From the NCBI GenBank assembly GCA_963724765.1, contig CAVRVY010000004.1:896001-960000 (forward strand): a stretch of 64,000 nucleotides of DNA, given 5' to 3'. Position 1 is the stretch's first letter; each line of letters opens with the position of its first letter. A program made the position numbers and the translations under genes. This stretch comes from an uncultured delta proteobacterium (GTDB lineage: Bacteria; Desulfobacterota; Binatia; Binatales; Binataceae). Under the pieces are notes generated by a model. The model saw only the letters and a list, made by a program, of their open reading frames with translations, ran no database searches and had not been told where the DNA came from. Positions 21,452-30,683 of the stretch are shown here, in pieces.

Positions 21452-21631
21452 ATGAGCGGAACCAGCGACAAGATCAAAGGCCGTGTAAAGGAAGCAGTGG
21501 GTGTTTTAGCCGATGACCAACGTTTAAAGGACGAAGGAAAGCTGGACCAGACCACCGGTAAGATCAAGGAGACCGTGGAGAGCGTGATCGACAAGGCAAA
21601 GAATGCTGTAAAGGGTCCCGCGAAAAAATAG
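21452..21631 (+). CDS. csbD: CsbD-family general stress protein
   Basis: Not in the ORF track (59 aa). MSGTSDKIKGRVKEAVGVLADDQRLKDEGKLDQTTGKIKE matches the CsbD pattern. Confidence 0.88.
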   Translation: MSGTSDKIKGRVKEAVGVLADDQRLKDEGKLDQTTGKIKETVESVIDKAKNAVKGPAKK

Positions 21632-21762
21632 CATTTCTTCCGCTACCACAGTAACCAAAACCGATTCGTACCGGAGTAATGATCATGAAGAAGATGAAGA
21701 AAAGCACAACCAGGTTCGTCGCCATGACCGCGAAGGGCGTGCAATTAATGATAGCGCCATTA

Positions 21763-21912
21763 ATGATTAAGAGGGTTGCGTTGATTCTCGCGACGGTGTT
21801 GATGGCGAGCTGCTTCCCCATGGAATCTCGCCCACAGCAGCAGACCACCACGACGACAACCACTACGTGCCCCCCGGGGACGCAGCTTGGTAGCGATGGG
21901 ATATGTCGCTGA
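21763..21912 (+). CDS. Small lipoprotein
   Basis: MIKRVALILATVLMASC lipobox, a poly-Thr linker and a CPPG...DGIC Cys pair. Confidence 0.6.
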   Translation: MIKRVALILATVLMASCFPMESRPQQQTTTTTTTTCPPGTQLGSDGICR

Positions 21913-22103
21913 GCAGTGAGGCAAACGTCATAACATACCGACAATTCAGATTCTGCGGCTACTCTCCACTAGAGGTCGTCGCGCGAACGCCCCCAACGAT
22001 GCCCGGACCACGCGAATCCCTGCTTGCTTAAGTTGATTCCGAGAGTTGCCGCTTGTTTGTTTCATTCCTACCCTGTCGCGCATACGTTTAGGAGAAACTG
22101 GAC

Positions 22104-22316
22104 ATCGATAGATACAGTTCGCGCCTAAACTTGGCCTTGCTGGTCGGTATGATGCTCGGCGCTGCGGGGACTGTACTGGCGCGGCAGGCGCTACCCAATA
22201 ATCCGGGGAAACAAATGTCGATATTCAAAGGCACAGTGGCACAATACTCGCTCACGCCGCGCGGCGACGTGGACGGCCTGATGCGGCGGATTTCGACCTT
22301 GGCCTGGCCCCTCTAA
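22104..22316 (+). pseudogene. Truncated secreted protein (YSLTPRGDVDGL motif)
   Basis: RBS AGGAG followed by ATC in place of ATG, a signal-like segment, then KGTVAQYSLTPRGDVDGL, after which the sequence breaks off. Confidence 0.5.
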
Positions 22317-22517
22317 ACGGGATCGAAGGGATAAGACGTAATACCAGCTAATTCTGTTCCAGAAGGTAGCGACACGCATTGACTATAAGTTCGTGAACGT
22401 CGGCCTCGGACAATATTCCTTGTCGTTGCGATACGGTGCCGGACTCATTTCAATGTAACTGAGAGATTATGAATTTCCATTTAGTAAGATGGTTCCGTTG
22501 GTCGTAGTCCGTGACTT

Positions 22518-22916
22518 ATGAGACGCTTAATCAAAATAGAAATTGGATCTGTCGGCAGTCGGATAGTGAGGATTTTGGCAGCGCTGCTTTTCGCGACTCT
22601 GGCGACGGGTTGTTACGTCGGCGGTCCCGGTTGGTGGGGTGGTCGAGGTGGAGGCTACTACAGCGGCGCAGGCGGCTATTACGGGAGCAACTACTACGAG
22701 AGGAACGTCTATCGGGGCTACGGCGGGCATCCGGAGTCCGGTATGTTCGGCGGCTATCCGCCGGCTCACGAAGCTTGGGACGCGAGCAGCCGGGGCAGGG
22801 CCAGCTATGGCAGCGGAGGCGGATCGAGGGGCGGACATAGCGGCGGGGGAGGCGGTGGACACACCGGCGGCTCCGGAGGCGGCGGACATGGTGGAGGCGG
22901 CGGTCATGGCCACTAA
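22518..22916 (+). CDS. Gly/Tyr-rich lipoprotein
   Basis: Lipobox-like ATGC; G/Y-rich body with a GGGH tail; lies directly upstream of the DUF2950 gene. Confidence 0.65.
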   Translation: MRRLIKIEIGSVGSRIVRILAALLFATLATGCYVGGPGWWGGRGGGYYSGAGGYYGSNYYERNVYRGYGGHPESGMFGGYPPAHEAWDASSRGRASYGSGGGSRGGHSGGGGGGHTGGSGGGGHGGGGGHGH

Positions 22917-22938
22917 TCGTGGATGCCGGGGAAAAGTA

Positions 22939-23925
22939 ATGCTTCCACTAAATAACAATCGAAGAAGCGCTACGGGTTGGCTAGCTATCCGGATTATGTG
23001 GGTCAGCCTCGTACTTTGGCTTGGCAGCGCCGGGGCGGTCTTGGCGCAAGCGCCGGGCCAGAAAACGTTCAATTCGGCTGCGGAGGCAACCGACGCTTTC
23101 GCCTTAGCCGTGCAGAATCACGATGAGGCGACGATGCTGGCGATCCTGGGCCCGTCCGGACGGGACTTGATTTCCTCCGGCGATCCGGTCGCCGACAAGA
23201 ACAGACAGGATACCTTTTCCGCGAAGTATCATGCGTCGCATCAGTTTGCCTCGGCCGGCGACGGACGAACCTTCCTCTACATAGGCACCGGGAATTGGCC
23301 GACTCCGATACCGCTGCGGCAAAATGGATCTCAGTGGTACTTCGACACGGATTACGGCAAGCTGGAGATCCTGTATCGGCGGATCGGCGCCGACGAACTG
23401 AACGTGATCAAAGTCTGCGCTGCAATCGCCGATGCCCAGCGAGACTATTACGCCTCGCTGCACGACGGTGCGTCGGAGCATCAATACGCTCAGAAGTTCC
23501 GGAGCACGCAAGGAGCGCAGGACGGCTTGTACTGGGAGGTCAAGGCGGGCGCACAGCCGGAGAGTCCGCTGGGTCCCCTGGTCGCTGAAGCGGCTAGCGA
23601 AGGCTATCAACGCCAGGCCACCGGCCAACCGCATCCTTTCCACGGCTACGTTTACCGGATGCTAACCAGTCAAGGAGCCAACGCGCCGGGCGGCGCGCGA
23701 AGCTATATCGTCGATGGCAAGATGACCGGAGGATTTGCGGTGGTTGCGTATCCGGTCAGCTATCGCGACTCCGGGGTGATGACCTTCATCATCAATCAGG
23801 ACGGCCAAGTCTATCAAAAGGACCTGGGCCCCCACACCGATCAGATAGCCAGCGAGATGGTGTCATACGATCCGGATGCGACCTGGCAACCCGCGAACAA
23901 AGCGAGCGTTGCCGCGCACAAATAA
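22939..23925 (+). CDS. DUF2950-family exported protein
   Basis: Signal peptide; WPTPIPL, WYFDT, RRIG, YAQKF, DGLYW, PFHGY, GFAVVAYP, SGVMTF and VYQKDLG. Confidence 0.88.
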   Translation: MLPLNNNRRSATGWLAIRIMWVSLVLWLGSAGAVLAQAPGQKTFNSAAEATDAFALAVQNHDEATMLAILGPSGRDLISSGDPVADKNRQDTFSAKYHASHQFASAGDGRTFLYIGTGNWPTPIPLRQNGSQWYFDTDYGKLEILYRRIGADELNVIKVCAAIADAQRDYYASLHDGASEHQYAQKFRSTQGAQDGLYWEVKAGAQPESPLGPLVAEAASEGYQRQATGQPHPFHGYVYRMLTSQGANAPGGARSYIVDGKMTGGFAVVAYPVSYRDSGVMTFIINQDGQVYQKDLGPHTDQIASEMVSYDPDATWQPANKASVAAHK

Positions 23926-24007
23926 GAAGAATCACGAGCTCAGGCCGAGCCGTACGCGCGCATCGAGCTCGGCGGAACTGTAGAAGTCGAGGAGTAATAT
24001 AGTATTT

Positions 24008-24523
24008 ATGGAAATGCTTGTGAAAACCAAGAGTCGAATGATCATTGCGATGGCGGCCGTCTTACTCTCCACCCTGGTGCCGATTCGGGCGCGTGCGGCC
24101 GACAATATAACGGTAAAAACCGGCTATTTAACCTGCCATGAAGCGAGCGGGTGGGGGTTTATCATCGGTTCGTCGCACGCAATCCACTGCACATATACGT
24201 CGAATAAGCATCGAACCGAATACTACACGGGCTCCATTTCCAAGTTTGGCGCCGATATTGGCTATCTGCAGTCCGCGGTTATCCTGTGGGCTGTCGCCGC
24301 TCCGACTACTGATCTGAACCCTGGAGCGTTGGCGGGAGACTACGGCGGCGTTCAGGCGAGTCTGGCCCTGGGAGTGGGTGCGGGTGCGAATGTTCTGCTC
24401 GGCGGCTTTCATAAGTCGATCGCGCTGCAGCCGGTCTCAGTCGAAGGCCAGAACGGTTTGAACGTGGCCGCAGGCATCGCGGGGATGAGCCTCCATTACG
24501 AGGGACTTAAGGCTCCTCGCTAG
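24008..24523 (+). CDS. DUF992-family exported protein
   Basis: Signal peptide; GYLTC...GFIIGSS..IHC, KFGADIG and IALQPVSVEGQNGLNVAAG. Confidence 0.85.
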   Translation: MEMLVKTKSRMIIAMAAVLLSTLVPIRARAADNITVKTGYLTCHEASGWGFIIGSSHAIHCTYTSNKHRTEYYTGSISKFGADIGYLQSAVILWAVAAPTTDLNPGALAGDYGGVQASLALGVGAGANVLLGGFHKSIALQPVSVEGQNGLNVAAGIAGMSLHYEGLKAPR

Positions 24524-24529
24524 ACCCCA

Positions 24530-24643
24530 GATACCGTTGGATTCCTCTAGCGAAACGACACCCTCAGCTCCAGCCTTCTCGAACGCATCTGCGGCCAGTT
24601 CGCCGACTGTCAGATCGTTGTGCGCGGATATAGCCGCTATCTG
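24530..24643 (-). pseudogene. Internal fragment of a groEL paralog
   Basis: QIAAISAHNDLTVGELAADAFEKAGAEGVVSLEESNGI aligns with the GroEL QVATISAN...IGELIAEAMEKVGKEGVITVEE segment. Confidence 0.75.
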
Positions 24644-24811
24644 GAGGCGACAGCCAAGAAGGTGCCAATCGAAGCCGCGCACTGAATCAGGCGGCCGACA
24701 ACGTCAAGTCACCCGCCGTGGCGGAGCCTCCGTTACGTCGCCAGCGCCAGACGGGCAATGCTGAGGAGACGCCACTTCGACCAGTGCGACTAGCGCCTGA
24801 GTGATCCCGCT

Positions 24812-25243
24812 ATGCTGCAACTCTACAAGACCATCCTATGCCCGGTCGACTTTGACGATAGCTCTGTCGTCGCCCTCAGGCATGCGGCGCAGCTTGCGGC
24901 ACAGGTGGACGCAACGGTCCATCTTCTGCACGTCACCCCGATAATCCCGACCGCGCCCGAAATCGTTCAAAGCTTTGAGCCTCAAGGTGAGTTGTCGGCT
25001 CGTCGTCGGCTCGAGAAGATGGCGAACGACGAGTTGGCCGGAATCAAACATCAGATCCACACCAAGGTTGCATTCGCCTCTCACATCCCAAAGAGCATCC
25101 TTGCCGCGGCTCGCGAGGCCGGCGCCGACCTTATTGTGATCGCAACGCATGGACGTTCCGGGCTCCCGCGCCTGTTGCTCGGCAGCGTCGCGGAAGCGGT
25201 CGTGCGCAACTCCACTTGCGCGGTGCTGACCGTTCGGCCTTAG
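24812..25243 (+). CDS. Universal stress protein
   Basis: [19 protein letters not shown]...[11 protein letters not shown] and VLTVR. Confidence 0.93.
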   Translation: MLQLYKTILCPVDFDDSSVVALRHAAQLAAQVDATVHLLHVTPIIPTAPEIVQSFEPQGELSARRRLEKMANDELAGIKHQIHTKVAFASHIPKSILAAAREAGADLIVIATHGRSGLPRLLLGSVAEAVVRNSTCAVLTVRP

Positions 25244-25327
25244 TCAGGTAGCAAGAACAGGCGGGCGGGCGGCTTTGGACACAGGCGCCAAGCGCACGGC
25301 GCACCTGTCGAGTCGAGGGAGAGGACC

Positions 25328-27361
25328 ATGGCATTGGACGCGTGGGGCCGTGCCGAGGGGGTTTTGACCCCGCTCGGCGCGACCTGGATCGAATCCGCCG
25401 AAGCTTACAACTTCGCGCTCTATTCAAAGAACGCCACGGCGGTTTCACTGCTGCTCTACGGCGACGGCGATTTCGTCAAACCGATCAGGACTTTTGCCTT
25501 CGATTTTCCCGCGCACAAAACGGCCAGGATCTGGCACATGCTCGTGCCGGCCGCGGAAATCGCGGGAGCAAAATACTACGCCTATAAGGTCGACGGCCCC
25601 TTCGGTCCCGGCCTCGGCGAGCGCTTCGATCGCGGCAAAGCTCTTCTTGACCCGTACGCCAGAGGCATTTTCCTCCCGCCCGCCTTCAGCCGCGAGGCGG
25701 CGCGCGCGCCCGGCCCCAACGACGGCAAGGCGCCGCTCGGGATTCTTCCTCCCAAGGCCTCCGCCGGCCCGATCCATCTGGACGACCCGCCCGCCCGGCA
25801 TACCCATGACCTAGTCATCTACGAGCTTCACGTACGCAACTTCACAAGGCATCCGAGCGCCGGACTGGACGAGCGTACACGCGGGACTTACGCGGGCGTG
25901 GCCGCGATGGTTCCGTATCTGAAAGACCTCGGGGTCACCGCGGTCGAGTTGATGCCGGTGCATCAGTACGACCCGCAAGAGAGGAGCCATTGGGGATATA
26001 TGACCCTTGGATTCTTCGCGCCCCATCATACCTATGCGCGGGATTCCGACGCCGAAGCGGCCGCCGGGGAGTTCCGGGCCATGGTCGAAGCCCTTCACGC
26101 GGCCGATATCGAAGTAATCCTCGATGTGGTTTACAACCACACGACCGAGTGCGATCAGAACGGCCCGACCTACAGCTTTCGCGGAATCGACAATTCAACC
26201 TACTACTCACTCGACCCCGGCGACCTCTCCCGCTACTTCAACTTCAGCGCCTGCGGCAACGATCTGCGCACCTCTCATCCGGCGGTACGCAGGCTCGTGG
26301 TCGACAGCCTTCGTTATTGGGCCTCTGAAATGGGCGTCGACGGGTTCCGCTTCGACCTTGCCTCGGTCTTCATGCGCGATGACGCGGGGAATCTGAATTA
26401 CCACGATCCGGCGATCATCTCCGCGATTAGCGCCGACGCGACACTGGCCACTCTGCGGCTTATCGCGGAGCCCTGGCAGGGCGAGTTGGGAGGCGGCTAC
26501 GTCCTGGGCCGGGCGTTTCCCGGTTTGACCTGGCAGCAATGGAACGGAAAATTTCGCGACGATGTCAGGCGGTTCGTGAAGGGCGACAATGGATTGGTGT
26601 CCTCCCTGATGACGCGCCTGCACGGCAGCACCGATCTCTTCCCCGATGATCTGCCCAACGCCTTCCGTCCCCATCAGAGCGTCAATTTCGTGACCTGTCA
26701 CGACGGCCTCTGCCTGTACGACGTGGTCTCCTACACCAACGGCGGACAGAACAGCTGGAACTATGGGTGGGAAGGTGAGGCTGGCACGCCGCCGGAAGTG
26801 GCCGCCCTGCGCAAGCGGCAAATCAAGAACTTTTGCTGCCTGCTGATGCTCGCCAACGGAGCGCCGATGTTCGTCGCAGGCGACGAGTTCATGAACACGC
26901 AGCGCGGCAACAACAATCCCTACAACGAAGACGGCGAGATCGTCTGGCTCGATTGGCGCCGGCTGGACGCGAACCCGGATATTTTCAGATTCTTCAAAAC
27001 CATGATCGCGTTCCGCAAGGCTCATCCGTCGATTGGTCGCAGCACCTTCTGGGAGGACGACGTTCGCTGGCACGGGCTGAGCGCGGACCCGGATCAATCG
27101 TATTCCTCGCACACGCTGGCATTTTTCCTGCGCGGCGGCCGGCTTCACGACTCCGATCTCTACGTAATGATCAATTGCTATTGGGAGGATCTGGACTTCA
27201 CCATCGGAGAGGGCGAGGCGCACGAATGGCTGAGGGTCGTCGATACCGCCCAGAACAGTCCCAACGATATCGTTGAGCCCGGAGCGGACGAGCGCCTAAC
27301 GTCGCTTCGCTACAAGGTTGGGGCGCGGTCAGTCGTAGTGCTGGTCCGCCGGATCCCCTGA
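25328..27361 (+). CDS. glgX: Glycogen-debranching enzyme/isoamylase (GH13)
   Basis: IYELHVR, WGY, DVVYNH, GFRFDLAS, IAEPW, TCHDG and GNNNPY. Confidence 0.92.
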   Translation: MALDAWGRAEGVLTPLGATWIESAEAYNFALYSKNATAVSLLLYGDGDFVKPIRTFAFDFPAHKTARIWHMLVPAAEIAGAKYYAYKVDGPFGPGLGERFDRGKALLDPYARGIFLPPAFSREAARAPGPNDGKAPLGILPPKASAGPIHLDDPPARHTHDLVIYELHVRNFTRHPSAGLDERTRGTYAGVAAMVPYLKDLGVTAVELMPVHQYDPQERSHWGYMTLGFFAPHHTYARDSDAEAAAGEFRAMVEALHAADIEVILDVVYNHTTECDQNGPTYSFRGIDNSTYYSLDPGDLSRYFNFSACGNDLRTSHPAVRRLVVDSLRYWASEMGVDGFRFDLASVFMRDDAGNLNYHDPAIISAISADATLATLRLIAEPWQGELGGGYVLGRAFPGLTWQQWNGKFRDDVRRFVKGDNGLVSSLMTRLHGSTDLFPDDLPNAFRPHQSVNFVTCHDGLCLYDVVSYTNGGQNSWNYGWEGEAGTPPEVAALRKRQIKNFCCLLMLANGAPMFVAGDEFMNTQRGNNNPYNEDGEIVWLDWRRLDANPDIFRFFKTMIAFRKAHPSIGRSTFWEDDVRWHGLSADPDQSYSSHTLAFFLRGGRLHDSDLYVMINCYWEDLDFTIGEGEAHEWLRVVDTAQNSPNDIVEPGADERLTSLRYKVGARSVVVLVRRIP

Positions 27362-27398
27362 CGAACGGGATTCAAATAGCGCTGGCCGCCCAACGCAA

Positions 27399-27414
27399 TG
27401 GCACGCAAATCGCG
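27399..27414 (+). promoter_or_regulatory. Sigma54 -24/-12 motif (no clear sense target)
   Basis: TGGCACGCAAATCGCG: GG-N10-GC with a perfect TGGCACG. Confidence 0.45.
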
Positions 27415-27489
27415 TTCTGTCAGATGAAGCCAGCAAGGCCTGGAGGCGCTTCAGCCGGAGGTTCCTGGAAGGATTGGCGCGCGACCGCC

Positions 27490-29955
27490 TCACAATGCAC
27501 TCACTGCCGTCTCGACTTCATGTGCCAGCTCGACGTAGTCGCCGCCCTTGAGCTCCATCGGCGATCCGAACGCCACTTCGACGGGACCCGGATGAATCAT
27601 CCTTGAGTAGCGATGCAGCACGTGGTCGAGGCCTCTCAAACGGATGGGCACTACGGGCACTCGCAGCCTCGAACCGACCATACCGACCCCCGGTTGGAAC
27701 GTCCCTATTTGCCCGGTCATGGTGCGCTCACCCTCAGGGAAAATCAGGACCGACCAACCTTCACTTACGAGGTCACCGATATGACGCATCGTTTCGCGCA
27801 GTCCAGCTTCCTCTTGCGAAAGCGGAAAGCCATTGAAGAGCAGGGTTGCCAAGTAGTAGTTGGCGCTACTGCTCAGCCATTGCGGACGGGTATGACGCTC
27901 GGGATGGAAGTGGGCGTCGAAAAATTCTTTCCACATCGCGGGAACGACCGAATGGCGCCATGGTGGCGGCAACGCGGCCAGAATCACCGGTGTATCAAGG
28001 TGGCTCTGATGATTCGAAGCGAAGATGACAGGACCTTTTAGAGAATCGAGGACGTCGAGCCCGCGGACCTGGATGTGCGAGCAGAGGTGTGTAATCGGAA
28101 GAATGAGCCCGGCCAGTGCAATCCGCCGGACCAGGCACGCCGGAGCGCTCCGATTCCAGCTCAGCGACACCGCCGGTTCCTGCGGGGGTACCGCTCGAGA
28201 GAGCTGCTCGGTGAGATCGCCGAGCATGCGCGCCTCGCTGAAGGCGCGCTCGTCGAGCGTGACGTTGAAGCGCTCCTCCAACTCGACCATCAGCTCGACC
28301 TGTTCGAGCGAGCTCAAGCCGAGTTCCTTGAGCGTGGTGTCAGGCGTGATTGTCCGATCGGGGGCGTAGCGATGGAGCACAGCGATGATTTCGCTGTGCT
28401 CGCCGGGCGTCGTTTGCGGCAGCGGAGCGCCCGCATCTACCCATTTCTGGATCGTCGGGCGTTTGAGCTTTCCCGTACCTTCGGTGCGGGGCAGGTCCCC
28501 CGTGCTCCACACCGAAACGCTGCGGATCTTCTGATGCTCCTCGAGCTGGTCGTTGGCGCGGCGGACGACCTCATCCTGATCGGCCCCGCTATCCAGGACG
28601 AGCACGGCATGAACACGCTCCCTGCCGACGACGGCGCAGTCGCGAACTCCCGGGATTCGGCTGAGGACCAGTTCGACGTCGTCGGGAAAAACCTTGAGGC
28701 CCTCGGGCGTGACGATCATTTCGCTCAAGCGTCCGCGCACGATGAGGTAGCCGTCGCGGTCGAGCGCGCCGATGTCAGCGGTGTGGAACCAACCGTTCTC
28801 GAAGGCCCGGGAAGCCTCGGCCGGAGCGCCGACGTAACCCGGGGTCACGATATCGCCCCGCACCAGGATTTCGCCGTCGGGCGCGATCCGCAGATCGACC
28901 CCGGGCAACGGTCTCCCCACCGTCCCGGGCTTGAGATGGAACGGATGATTGAAGCTGATGATCGGCGCGGTCTCGGTGAGCCCGTACCCCTGCACGACCA
29001 TGAAACCGAGTTGCCGCCAGAATTCCTCGAGGCCCGTCTCGAGCGGCGCGCCGCCCACGACGAAGCCGAAGAACTTCCAGCCGAAGGGGCGATGGACTTT
29101 GCGATAGCGCCAGCGGCGGGCGAGCCACGATAAGGCATTAGGCTTGATGCGCGCGAGGTCGGGAAACTCGCGCAGCAAGTACTGGCGGAGAACCTGGAGC
29201 ATCTTTGGCACCGCGACCAGGAACGCCACGCGCTTGCCCCGGATTTGGCGGACGATCTCGTGTGGGGCGTAGCCGCGCATGAACACCACGGTCGCCGGCA
29301 CCATCGGCGGAAAGAACGTCGCCAAGGCCTGCCCGAACATGTGGCTGAGCGGCAGCAGGTTGAGCAGCCGGATCGGAAAGAGCGGGCGGACATAGCGGCG
29401 GTACTTGAGCACTTCGCGCTCGATCGGGATCAGGTCGGCGACCACGTTGCGATGGGTGATCACGACGCCCTTGGGGGCCGCGGTCGAGCCCGAGGTGAAG
29501 ACGATTTCAGCGATGTCGTCGGCCGTGAGCGCAACCGCCGACCTGGTATCCGCGCTGCGCGAAAGGTCGAGGTCGGCAAGCCGCCAGACAGGCGCCGCCT
29601 CGCCCAGGCCGTCGCCGCGGACTTCGTCGCCGACCAGGATGGCGCGTGCCTGTACCAGGCCCTGGATGCTGCGCAGCACCTCGGCCGAAGATCGGTAGTC
29701 AATCGGAACGACGATAACTCCACCCAGCAGGCATCCCCAGAACGCGGCCAGCCATTCGGGACGGTTCTCCGACCAGAACAGAACTTTCTCGCCCTTGCCG
29801 ATACCCTCGCGCTCAAGCCGCGCCGCGAAGGCGCGGGCGGCGCCGGCAATTTGCCGATATTGATAGGTCCAGAAGCGGAAGCCGTCGTCGTGGATTACGA
29901 ACTCGGCCGATGAATCGGCGAAGTCGTTGAAGAAGTCGAGCAGGGTTGTGTGCAC
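27490..29955 (-). CDS. Long-chain acyl-CoA ligase / ACP / PlsC acyltransferase fusion
   Basis: AMP-binding FTSGSTAAPKG and QGYGLTE, phosphopantetheine site LGLSSL, acyltransferase NHQSHLD and FPEGERT. Confidence 0.9.
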   Translation of the reverse strand: MHTTLLDFFNDFADSSAEFVIHDDGFRFWTYQYRQIAGAARAFAARLEREGIGKGEKVLFWSENRPEWLAAFWGCLLGGVIVVPIDYRSSAEVLRSIQGLVQARAILVGDEVRGDGLGEAAPVWRLADLDLSRSADTRSAVALTADDIAEIVFTSGSTAAPKGVVITHRNVVADLIPIEREVLKYRRYVRPLFPIRLLNLLPLSHMFGQALATFFPPMVPATVVFMRGYAPHEIVRQIRGKRVAFLVAVPKMLQVLRQYLLREFPDLARIKPNALSWLARRWRYRKVHRPFGWKFFGFVVGGAPLETGLEEFWRQLGFMVVQGYGLTETAPIISFNHPFHLKPGTVGRPLPGVDLRIAPDGEILVRGDIVTPGYVGAPAEASRAFENGWFHTADIGALDRDGYLIVRGRLSEMIVTPEGLKVFPDDVELVLSRIPGVRDCAVVGRERVHAVLVLDSGADQDEVVRRANDQLEEHQKIRSVSVWSTGDLPRTEGTGKLKRPTIQKWVDAGAPLPQTTPGEHSEIIAVLHRYAPDRTITPDTTLKELGLSSLEQVELMVELEERFNVTLDERAFSEARMLGDLTEQLSRAVPPQEPAVSLSWNRSAPACLVRRIALAGLILPITHLCSHIQVRGLDVLDSLKGPVIFASNHQSHLDTPVILAALPPPWRHSVVPAMWKEFFDAHFHPERHTRPQWLSSSANYYLATLLFNGFPLSQEEAGLRETMRHIGDLVSEGWSVLIFPEGERTMTGQIGTFQPGVGMVGSRLRVPVVPIRLRGLDHVLHRYSRMIHPGPVEVAFGSPMELKGGDYVELAHEVETAVSAL

Positions 29956-29993
29956 GCGAGCTGGCCAAGCTGACGATTATTGATGGTAGTTTA

Positions 29994-30009
29994 CGCATGT
30001 GCCGTGCCA
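29994..30009 (-). promoter_or_regulatory. Sigma54 -24/-12 promoter of the ligase fusion gene
   Basis: TGGCACGGCACATGCG, about 40 nt upstream of the start. Confidence 0.65.
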
Positions 30010-30134
30010 GTCACGATGCGAATTACGGAGGAGGGCGCCGTGGACGCCTCGCATGAGGCTGCCGAACGGGCTGCGGACGGTCAGACTTCTTGGAACGAAC
30101 CGACCATCTTCTCGACGTCCCTCAAGGCGATCGG

Positions 30135-30320
30135 TTAAGAAAGCTGGAGACGCTCCATAATTCGGTCGAGCCGCTCTTTGACGACCAGTTCGAGGGAGTT
30201 GGTAAAGAGCAGCTTGCAGCCCGGAGCAGCGCCTTGCGGCAGCTCGGCCATATGGGTGACGAGGCTGCTGTTCACCCAAACCGCCTGATTGGTACCCTGG
30301 TCCGTCAGCTCAAGCCACAT
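30135..30320 (-). CDS. FlbD-like small protein
   Basis: RBS AGGAG. The pattern W-LT...VN..LV....E...L.TN....VVKE....I resembles the FlbD family. Confidence 0.55.
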   Translation of the reverse strand: MWLELTDQGTNQAVWVNSSLVTHMAELPQGAAPGCKLLFTNSLELVVKERLDRIMERLQLS

Positions 30321-30471
30321 ATATGCATTCTCCTGTGAACACGATTTTGGTTGCGGCTCGATTTCGAATCCGCCTTCGACAAGCGAACCCTGAAATAGAG
30401 TCGTCCGCAGGTGACCACCTCAAGGTTGCTCTGGACCACGCCGAGCAACGCGTTGTCGCGCATGGGAGGAA

Positions 30472-30487
30472 TGCACCGATCATGCCG
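30472..30487 (-). promoter_or_regulatory. Sigma54 -24/-12 motif upstream of the FlbD-like gene
   Basis: CGGCATGATCGGTGCA (GG-N10-GC), about 150 nt upstream of the start. Confidence 0.45.
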
Positions 30488-30683
30488 CGTACGATGGTCA
30501 CTGTCATCACGGTTCGTGCTCATGCCGCGGCGACTGAAGCTGAGCACCAGGTGCACAGGAAACCCCCTCCCCTGCTTGTCGTGCAGATAGCAAACGCGCA
30601 GGGATGACTCTCGCGGCCCGCTCTCTGGTACCCCCTCTCGTTCGCGCCATCGAGACCACGACCCGTCCGCGCAAATCGCTCGA

